DNA of 32,000 nucleotides from Nitrososphaera viennensis EN76 (GTDB lineage Archaea; Thermoproteota; Nitrososphaeria; Nitrososphaerales; Nitrososphaeraceae): NCBI RefSeq assembly GCF_000698785.1, contig NZ_CP007536.1, positions 1,830,001 to 1,862,000 of the forward strand, read 5' to 3'. Shown piece by piece: positions 16,421 to 23,281 of this stretch (position 1 is its first letter; each line of letters starts with the position of its first letter). The notes under the pieces were generated by a model. It saw only the letters and a program-made list of their open reading frames with translations, ran no database searches and was not told where the DNA came from. The position numbers and the translations under genes were made by a program.

Positions 16421-16446
16421 TAATGAATCTCCCCTCCCCTCTTTAG

Positions 16447-17835
16447 CTACTTGCGCTTGCTCTTGCTTACCAGGCTGATGTACTCGTAGGCGCCCACCGC
16501 GTTGTCAAACGCGTACTGCACCTTCTGGAATTCCTTGCGGAATGCTGCGACATCTTTGTTGACCTTCTTCGTGTCCTCCTTGTCAACAACTACGCGCTTG
16601 ATGAACTTCGCAATGTCCTTCATCTCGCCGGCCTTCATGCCAAGCCTGGTTACCTCCGGCACGCCTATCCTGACTCCTCCAGGGTGCATGTAGTGCCTGC
16701 CGGCCTTGATGTCGCCCGGCAGCAGCTGCCTGTTCAGTATGATGCCTGCCTTCTCCAGGTCTTTTTCAATCGTGCCTCCGTCGCCAAATTTCGTGACATC
16801 GACTGCTATCTGGTGCGACATCGTGTAACCGCGTTTTTCTCCGAGCACGCCAAAGCCGTACCCTGCAAGCGCCTCTGCAAGCGCTTTTGCGTTCTTGATA
16901 ACCTGCTTTGCGTACTGCTTGCCAAACTGCAGCGATTCTGCAAGCGCGATGGCCTTGCCTGCGACGTGGTGCAGGTGGTGGCTTGACGTGTTGCCCGGGA
17001 ATATCCCCTTCTTTATCGCCTCTGCGTGCTTTTCATACGATACAATTATGCCGCCCTGCGGGCCCCACAGCGTCTTGTGCGAGCTCATGGTCATCGAGTC
17101 GGCGCCCTCCTGCAGCGGGTCCTGGAACTCGCCTCCGGCTATGAGTCCCGCAACGTGCGCGCCGTCATAGTTGATGTACATGCCGTGGTCGTGCATGAAG
17201 CCTGCAAGCTCTTTTACCGGGTGCGGGAACAGGAATAGCGAGCCCCCGAACATGCCCATCCTCGGCGCCCTGCCGTCGCGCGCCATTTCCTCTATCTTTT
17301 TCTTGGTGGCGTCGACGTCGATCGTCATCTCCTCCTTTGAAAACGGGTAGTGCTCGATGTTGAGGCCGTGCACCAGGCCGGCGGTCCCTGCGTGCTCTTT
17401 TTTGCCGTGTGAAATGTGCCCGCCAGAAGGTATGGATGCAGCCATCATCCAGTCGCCCGGGCTTGAAAACGCTGCATAGATTGCAAGGTTTGCGACGACA
17501 CCCGAAGTGGCGCGGCAGTCGGCAAACTCTGACCTGAACACTTTTCTTGCCAACTCGTTGCAGATCATCTCCACCTGGTCGATATACACGCATCCTGCGT
17601 ACACGCGCTCGCCGGGCCAGCCTTCAGCGTAGCGGTTGCCAAAGTCGGATATTATAGCCTCCCTCACGGCGGGGCTTGGGATGTTCTCGCTTGCGATAAG
17701 CGGGATCGACCTGTTGAACCACTTGTGATGCTCGCGCATCAGGCTAAGGACTTCGCTGTAGGCTTTACGGGCACTCATAGTTGGCTTTTTGTGGGCCGGA
17801 ATGTCCTTAATAGTATATCGCTTCTTTGGCTGCAA
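16447..17835 (-). CDS. glyA: Serine hydroxymethyltransferase
   Basis: LIASENIPSPAVREAIISDFGNRYAEGWPGERVYAGC, and the PLP-lysine motif SSHKTLWGPQGG. An alternative start, MSARKAY at 17778, would remove the 29-nt overlap with the upstream gene. Confidence 0.9.
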   Translation of the reverse strand: MQPKKRYTIKDIPAHKKPTMSARKAYSEVLSLMREHHKWFNRSIPLIASENIPSPAVREAIISDFGNRYAEGWPGERVYAGCVYIDQVEMICNELARKVFRSEFADCRATSGVVANLAIYAAFSSPGDWMMAASIPSGGHISHGKKEHAGTAGLVHGLNIEHYPFSKEEMTIDVDATKKKIEEMARDGRAPRMGMFGGSLFLFPHPVKELAGFMHDHGMYINYDGAHVAGLIAGGEFQDPLQEGADSMTMSSHKTLWGPQGGIIVSYEKHAEAIKKGIFPGNTSSHHLHHVAGKAIALAESLQFGKQYAKQVIKNAKALAEALAGYGFGVLGEKRGYTMSHQIAVDVTKFGDGGTIEKDLEKAGIILNRQLLPGDIKAGRHYMHPGGVRIGVPEVTRLGMKAGEMKDIAKFIKRVVVDKEDTKKVNKDVAAFRKEFQKVQYAFDNAVGAYEYISLVSKSKRK

Positions 17836-18784
17836 GCGACCTGACTACCTCCGTCCACGCGACGCCAATGTTTGCGCGGTTGTAGCCCCCGCCGCCAACC
17901 GCGATAATCCTGCCGTTGCAGTGCTTGTGCGCAAGGTCGTGCAACACTTTTGCCGCATGCCTGTGCGCGCGTGCGCTGTAGCGCAGGTCGGTTATCGGGT
18001 CGCCGGCCAGGCTGTCTGCGCCGCAGTTGAGAAATATCAGTTCCGGCCTGCACGAATCGACAAACTCCTCCACCCTTGCAAATGCCTTCAAAAACTCGCC
18101 GTCGCCGGACCCCGCTTCTAGCGGGATGTTCAGTTTCGTCCCAATTGCGTCGCCCTTGCCTGTCTCGCTGGCAGAGCCGGTGCCGGGGTATATGTCGCGC
18201 TCGTGTATGTCTGCAAAGAACAGCAGCGGGTCATCCTTAAATTCGTAGAAAACGCCGTCGCCGTGGTGCGCGTCAATATCGACGTACGCGATCCTCGTTA
18301 TTCCGTATTTTTTACGCGCCTGGATTATTGCAACCCCGACGTCGTTAAAAACGCAAAAGCCGCCGGCAGAATCGCGCCTTGCGTGGTGCAGGCCGGCTAT
18401 GGGCACGAACGCGTTCTCTATTTTCCTACCTGCCCTGTCCCTTCCCTGCACAACCATGTCAAGCGCCGCAAGCGTCGACCCGACGACGTACAGCGTTGCC
18501 TCAAACATGCCGCGAAAAGACGGCGTGTCGCCCCTGTCAAGCGGGATGCTCTTGCACTGCTTTGACGCCATCTTTACCATTTCGACATAGTCGCGCTCGT
18601 GGAACGAAAGCACGGCCTCCTCCGTCGTTATCTCCGGCTGCTCGACGATGACGACATTTGCAACCTGCCGCTCACTCTGCAGCCTTGACCAGAACGCGTA
18701 GATGCGGTCCGTGCCCCACGGGTGCGACCCGCCAAACCCGTAGCGGGCCAGCTCGTCGCCGAAAAACACGGCAGTGTTGCACAC
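17807..18784 (-). CDS. Histone deacetylase-family (AcuC/acetylpolyamine amidohydrolase-like) deacetylase
   Basis: GLHHARRDSAGGFCVFNDVGVAI and YVDIDAHHGDGV are the class I/II HDAC zinc and active-site motifs. Homology begins at NTAVFFGDELARYGFGGSHPW. I place the start at GTG 18784 (an ATG at 18853 is possible). The 541-aa tracked ORF is a chimera running antisense through ribE. Confidence 0.85.
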   Translation of the reverse strand: MCNTAVFFGDELARYGFGGSHPWGTDRIYAFWSRLQSERQVANVVIVEQPEITTEEAVLSFHERDYVEMVKMASKQCKSIPLDRGDTPSFRGMFEATLYVVGSTLAALDMVVQGRDRAGRKIENAFVPIAGLHHARRDSAGGFCVFNDVGVAIIQARKKYGITRIAYVDIDAHHGDGVFYEFKDDPLLFFADIHERDIYPGTGSASETGKGDAIGTKLNIPLEAGSGDGEFLKAFARVEEFVDSCRPELIFLNCGADSLAGDPITDLRYSARAHRHAAKVLHDLAHKHCNGRIIAVGGGGYNRANIGVAWTEVVRSLAAKEAIYY

Positions 18785-18816
18785 ATCAGATGGTTTGCGG
18801 CTATGGCAAATCAATC

Positions 18817-18824
18817 TTTTTATC
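18817..18824. promoter_or_regulatory. Shared bidirectional TATA-like element TTTTTATC between the HDAC-like gene and ribE
   Basis: It lies 28-35 nt from the ribE ATG (18852) and 33-40 nt from GTG 18784 on the other strand. Confidence 0.35.
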
Positions 18825-18851
18825 CCCTGTGCACCGCACAGCTGATAGTAC

Positions 18852-19451
18852 ATGTTCACCGGCATCGTGGAGGGCCTTGCAGAGGTAAGGTCGGTAGCCC
18901 GGGCGAAAAAGGGGGCCGACACTGTCATCCGCGTCAAGCTTGGCAGGATGGCCAGGGGCCTCAAGGTGGGAGACAGCGTCTGCATAAACGGCGCCTGCCT
19001 CACGGTGACGAAACTGCAAAAGGGCGAGGCGCAGTTTGAGATGGTAGCCGAGACTGTCCGGCGCACGTCGCTTGGCGGGATAAAACCGGGCGACAAGGTG
19101 AACGTCGAGCGCAGCATGAAAGTGGGGGACAGGCTTGAGGGCCATTTCGTCCTCGGCCACGTGGACGGCACAGCGACCATCGTTGAGAAGATTGAAAAGC
19201 CGTCAGAGACCACGATGTGGTTCAAGCTTGACGATACGGCGCTTACAAGCACGCTCGTGCCAAAGGGATCGATAGCGGTGGACGGCACCAGCCTCACCGT
19301 GGTCGACGTCGATAACGAGAAATTCTCTGTCTCGCTAATACCCCATACGCTAGAGATGACGTCGCTTGGATTGAAGAAAAAGGGCGACAAGGTGAACATC
19401 GAGACGGATATTCTCAGCAAGTACGTGAGCAAGAGCCTACCAAAATACTAG
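18852..19451 (+). CDS. ribE: Riboflavin synthase, bacterial/eukaryotic trimeric type
   Basis: MFTGIVEGLAEV...GDSVCINGACLTV and an internally duplicated second half (...GSIAVDGTSLTVV) are the hallmark two-barrel repeat. Confidence 0.9.
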   Translation: MFTGIVEGLAEVRSVARAKKGADTVIRVKLGRMARGLKVGDSVCINGACLTVTKLQKGEAQFEMVAETVRRTSLGGIKPGDKVNVERSMKVGDRLEGHFVLGHVDGTATIVEKIEKPSETTMWFKLDDTALTSTLVPKGSIAVDGTSLTVVDVDNEKFSVSLIPHTLEMTSLGLKKKGDKVNIETDILSKYVSKSLPKY

Positions 19452-19504
19452 TAACTACCAGCTTTTTAGTAATGTATTAATAACTACAACGCCAAGCCTC
19501 ACTG

Positions 19505-20194
19505 TTGCCACTAACCGAAGCCATAGAGGCGCTCAAGGCCGGCAGGTTTGTGCTGGTCCACGACGACAAGGGGCGCGAAAACGAGATAGACATGGTAGTA
19601 GCCGCAGAGCATGTAACACCAGCGCACATTGCCGCAATGAGGCAGGACGCCGGCGGCCTCCTCTGCCTTGCAATCGCAAACGAGGTGACAACCAAGCTGG
19701 GCCTCGTCTACATGCACGACATGATAGCAAGCATGGGCAAGGTCAATCCCGTGTTCTCAAGATTAGTAGAAGGCAGGGCGGCATACGGCGACAAGCCGTC
19801 GTTTTCAATCTCTGTGAACCACCGCAACACCTTCACCGGCATAACCGACCAGGACAGGGCCCTTACGATATCCGAGATGGCCAAGGTCTGCAAGAGGATT
19901 GACAACGGCGGCATAGAAGAGTTTGCCAGGAATTTCAGGGCGCCAGGCCACGTGCCTGTGCTGATAGCCGCAAGGAACCTTCTTTCTGACAGGAACGGCC
20001 ACACAGAGCTTTGCGTCTACCTCATGAAATTAGCGAACATGACGCCGGCGGTGGCGATATGCGAGATGATGGACTCGCAGACCCACAGGGCGCTGTCGAT
20101 AGAGAAAGCCTTGGCATACGCCAAGAAATCCGGCATGCCTCTTGTAGAGGCAAGCGAACTTAAGGAAGCTCACCAGAGAGCCAAGGTGGCATAA
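19505..20194 (+). CDS. ribB: 3,4-dihydroxy-2-butanone 4-phosphate synthase
   Basis: TTG start. AIEALKAGRFVLVHDDKGRENEIDMVVAAEHVTPAHIAAMRQDAGGL, FSISVNHRNTFTGITDQDRA and FRAPGHV match archaeal DHBP synthase throughout. Confidence 0.9.
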   Translation: MPLTEAIEALKAGRFVLVHDDKGRENEIDMVVAAEHVTPAHIAAMRQDAGGLLCLAIANEVTTKLGLVYMHDMIASMGKVNPVFSRLVEGRAAYGDKPSFSISVNHRNTFTGITDQDRALTISEMAKVCKRIDNGGIEEFARNFRAPGHVPVLIAARNLLSDRNGHTELCVYLMKLANMTPAVAICEMMDSQTHRALSIEKALAYAKKSGMPLVEASELKEAHQRAKVA

Positions 20195-20198
20195 AAAT

Positions 20199-20663
20199 TT
20201 GCAGCTTGCAATAGTGGTATCCGAGTTCAACAGCAAGATAACGCTCCACATGCTGGAAAAGGCAAAAGAGCAGGCCAACAGGCTTGGCGCCAGGGTTTCT
20301 TTTGTCGTGTACGTGCCCGGCGCCTTTGACATGCCGCTTGCAGTCGAAAAATTGCTGAAAAAACGCAGCGTCGACGCGGTTGTCACGCTGGGCGCCGTGA
20401 TAAAGGGCGACACGCGCCATGATGACATTGTCGCGGAAAACGCGTCGCGCCTCATAGCAGACCTTTCATTAAAGTACGCCAAGCCAGTCGCGCTCGGAAT
20501 AACCGGCCCCGGCATGACTGCCGAGCAGGCAAGGGAGCGGCAGGACATCGTGCCTGCGCGCGCAGTGAACGCGGCAGTAAACATGGCGCTGCGGCTTGCA
20601 AAGCTAGAAAAAACAGTGGGCAGGAAAACTGTGGTAATCGATGATTCAGCTTACAATCATTAG
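20199..20663 (+). CDS. ribH: 6,7-dimethyl-8-ribityllumazine synthase
   Basis: TTG start. LAIVVSEFNSKIT...VPGAFDMPLAVEKLLKK..VDAVVTLGAVIKGDTRHDD is the lumazine synthase core. Confidence 0.9.
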   Translation: MQLAIVVSEFNSKITLHMLEKAKEQANRLGARVSFVVYVPGAFDMPLAVEKLLKKRSVDAVVTLGAVIKGDTRHDDIVAENASRLIADLSLKYAKPVALGITGPGMTAEQARERQDIVPARAVNAAVNMALRLAKLEKTVGRKTVVIDDSAYNH

Positions 20664-21393
20664 GATCGAGGGCTACGGTCCCTGGACGCTCACGCTCGGC
20701 TACGACAGGGAGGCGCAGCTGCAGATGCTGCAGGCAAGAATCTACCATGACGTACAGCGCCTCTTCCACGAAAAGGACTGCCTCGTCTATTTCAACCGCT
20801 TTGACGAGTATTTCGCAATCACAAACGGCGTCACGGTCGCACAGCACGCGGAAATCGCGCACGCGCTTGCGATCCTCTACAATGACCTGAAAATGTCGAT
20901 GGCGATCGGCGCCGGCAAGACAGCGCTTGAGGCCAGCATGAGCGCATACAATGCAAGAAAGGAAAACAGGCTTGCTGATGAAAAGGCGCGGATATTCGGT
21001 TCTGCCGCTGCAAGCGGCGAAACATCGGCGCAGATAATGCACATCGACGTCGACAGCTCGACAAAGCTGACGGGCAGGCTGTCGCCGTATGAAGTGACAG
21101 CATTGGTAATGAAGCTGTACGGCAGGCTGGCAGAGGAGTTCCTGAAACTTGATGCGCTGACGTTCTTTCTTGGTGGCGACAACTTTATGGTAATCTCTAA
21201 CGGCGTGACGGGGGCGCAGGCCGACGAGGTGATAAAAAAGGTGACGGCAGGACTTGACGTCAAGTTCAACTGCGGAATCGGCATCGGCAAGAACGGCCGA
21301 AGGGCCGCAGAAGCAGCCACCAAGGCCCTCGACACGATCCGAGACATGCGCGACGAGGGCAAGATCCAGACGATCTATGAAATACGATGCTAG
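20641..21393 (+). CDS. arfA: GTP cyclohydrolase III (archaeal, FAPy-forming)
   Basis: MIQLTIIRIEGYGPWTLT, FFLGGDNFMVISNG and CGIGIGKNGRRA are collinear with the Methanocaldococcus MJ0145-type enzyme as I recall it. It overlaps ribH by 23 nt. Confidence 0.9.
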   Translation: MIQLTIIRIEGYGPWTLTLGYDREAQLQMLQARIYHDVQRLFHEKDCLVYFNRFDEYFAITNGVTVAQHAEIAHALAILYNDLKMSMAIGAGKTALEASMSAYNARKENRLADEKARIFGSAAASGETSAQIMHIDVDSSTKLTGRLSPYEVTALVMKLYGRLAEEFLKLDALTFFLGGDNFMVISNGVTGAQADEVIKKVTAGLDVKFNCGIGIGKNGRRAAEAATKALDTIRDMRDEGKIQTIYEIRC

Positions 21394-22595
21394 TAGTCAT
21401 TGAAAACGCAAGCATCCTCCTTGGTGAAAACCTGGAGCACATAGAGCGCGGCTATATTGAAATTGAAAATGGCATTATCAAGAACGCGGGAGAAGGCCGC
21501 TCTTCTGCCCGGGGAAAAAAGCTGGATGCAGGCAGCAGCTTTCTTGTCGTGCCCGGCTTTATCAACGCGCACACCCACATCGCCGACTCGATAGGCAAGG
21601 ACATCGCGGCAGGAAGGAGGCTTGACGCGCGGGTGCACCCCGTGTTTGGAGCAAAGAAAAAGATCCTCGAAAAGAGTCTGCCGGCGCACCTTGCCGCGAT
21701 GATAAAAAGCTCGGCTGTTTCCATGCTGCAGAAAGGGATAACGACGTTTGCTGATTTCCGCGAGGGCGGGCCTGAAGGCGTCCGGCTGCTGAAAAGCGCA
21801 ACAGCCAGCCTGCCGATAAAATGCATCGCGCTTGGCAGGGTGGACCACTACAGCAGCGACCCGGCAGGGATGGAGGGACTGCCAGCAAGTGCAGCCGCTA
21901 CTGCAAAGCAGGTGCTGGAAATAGCCGACGGCCTTGGCATCAGCGGCGCAAACGAAAACACGGACTCTGCACTTGAGCAGTACGGCGAGATGGCGGCGGC
22001 AAAACTCGTTGCCATACACGCGGCCGAGTCGGCCGAGACAGTGCAGTTTTCCAAGGATCACACCGGCAAAAGCGAAGTCGAGCGCATAATGCAACATCTA
22101 AAGCCGGACATCCTGGTGCACATGACGCACGCCACCGGCGACGAGATGTCGCTTGCAGCCGGCAAGGCCGGCATAGTGGTGTGCCCGCGCGCAAACGGCG
22201 TCCTTGGCGCCGGCCTGCCCCGCGTTGCAGAGATGCTAAAGCGCGGTTGCCTCGTTGCGATAGGCACGGACAACGTGATGCTCAACTCGCCGGACATGTT
22301 CCGCGAGATGGATTACCTCTGGAAGGCGTCGCACGCACAGGGCAACTTTATCGAACCCCGCGAGCTGGTCAAGATGGCGACTGCAAACGCGGCCAAGATG
22401 CTTGGCCTGAACAGCGGCTGGATAGCGCCCGGAAGGGCCGCAGACCTGATATTTATCGACAAGAGGCATGCTGACCTTTACCCGATGCACGACCCGTACG
22501 CGGCCATAGTGCACAGGGCCGGCGGGGACGCGGTACGTGCCGTGATGGCAGGCGGCCGGTTCGTTGCAGCAGGAGGGAGTCTTCTCTTATCATGA
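21387..22595 (+). CDS. Amidohydrolase-superfamily enzyme of the deaminase (chlorohydrolase, guanine/cytosine/MTA deaminase-like) subtype
   Basis: The metal and catalytic signature is NAHTHIADS (HxH), VAIHAAESAE (H-x-x-E), VHMTHAT and AIGTDNVM (D). It overlaps the upstream gene by 7 nt and the downstream gene by 4 nt (ATGA). Confidence 0.85.
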   Translation: MLVVIENASILLGENLEHIERGYIEIENGIIKNAGEGRSSARGKKLDAGSSFLVVPGFINAHTHIADSIGKDIAAGRRLDARVHPVFGAKKKILEKSLPAHLAAMIKSSAVSMLQKGITTFADFREGGPEGVRLLKSATASLPIKCIALGRVDHYSSDPAGMEGLPASAAATAKQVLEIADGLGISGANENTDSALEQYGEMAAAKLVAIHAAESAETVQFSKDHTGKSEVERIMQHLKPDILVHMTHATGDEMSLAAGKAGIVVCPRANGVLGAGLPRVAEMLKRGCLVAIGTDNVMLNSPDMFREMDYLWKASHAQGNFIEPRELVKMATANAAKMLGLNSGWIAPGRAADLIFIDKRHADLYPMHDPYAAIVHRAGGDAVRAVMAGGRFVAAGGSLLLS

Positions 22596-23248
22596 AGGTT
22601 ACGATAAACGCCGCAATGACGATCGACGGCAAGATAGCTACAGCCTCGGGCGACTCTACCATATCATCAAAGGATGATCTGAAAAGGGTCCACAGGCTTC
22701 GCGCCGGCTCTGACGCGGTGGTGGTGGGAATATCGACGGTGCTTGCCGACGACCCGCAGCTGACAGTCCGGCTTGTCAGGGGCAAAAACCCTGTCCGCGT
22801 GGTTGTCGACAGCAGGGGCAGGATACCAGACGACTCGCAACTCTTGCGCACCGCGCGCAAGGTCAGGACCATAGTTGCCGCAAGTATGCAGGCAAGCGCG
22901 GTCGACGTTGAGAGGATAAGACAGGCAGGCGCCGAGGTTATATTGGCAGGCAACGAAGCAGTCGATATCAAGGCCCTTTTTTCCGCGCTCAAAAAGAAGA
23001 TGGGCTTCAAGAAAATCCTGGTGGAAGGCGGGGGCGAGCTCAACTGGTCGGTGCTGAACCTCGGCCTCGCAGACGAACTGATAGTGACAATAGCGCCAAG
23101 GGTCGCCGGCGGCAGGCTTGCGACCACACTCGTTGAAGGCGACGGCTATGACGCGATCTCGCAGGGCCCGAAATTCCGCCTTGCGCGCGTGCAAAAGACG
23201 AGGGCAGGCGAGCTTGTCCTCTTTTACAAAGTGGGTAAAAATACATAG
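22592..23248 (+). CDS. arfC: 2,5-diamino-6-ribosylamino-4(3H)-pyrimidinone 5'-phosphate reductase (RibD C-terminal-type, archaeal ArfC)
   Basis: KVTINAAMTIDGKIATASGDSTISSKDDLKRVHRLRAGSDAVVVGISTVLADDPQLTV and ILVEGGGELNWS match the MJ0671-type reductase. Confidence 0.9.
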   Translation: MKVTINAAMTIDGKIATASGDSTISSKDDLKRVHRLRAGSDAVVVGISTVLADDPQLTVRLVRGKNPVRVVVDSRGRIPDDSQLLRTARKVRTIVAASMQASAVDVERIRQAGAEVILAGNEAVDIKALFSALKKKMGFKKILVEGGGELNWSVLNLGLADELIVTIAPRVAGGRLATTLVEGDGYDAISQGPKFRLARVQKTRAGELVLFYKVGKNT

Positions 23249-23281
23249 CACTTTTTAACATGCACTTGCACTGAAAATCGG

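Noticed and set aside
16502-17593. Plus- and minus-strand ORFs inside glyA (for example 16684-16986 +, 16895-17170 +, 17165-17593 -)
   Set aside because: They are off-frame or antisense to SHMT, which has an intact PLP-lysine motif. Their composition is Arg-rich and junk-like.
18854-19432. N-terminal 190 codons or so of the tracked 541-aa minus-strand ORF
   Set aside because: It runs antisense to the well-supported riboflavin synthase gene. Its composition is low-complexity Ser/Thr/Pro/Val, and HDAC homology starts only downstream.
20030-23251. Long minus-strand ORFs across the riboflavin operon (20030-20584, 20452-21042, 20877-21362, 21390-22097, 22453-23127, 22667-23251)
   Set aside because: They are shadow ORFs typical of GC-rich coding DNA. 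Their translations are Arg/Ala/Pro/Cys-rich without motifs, and every one is antisense to a gene with strong family signatures.
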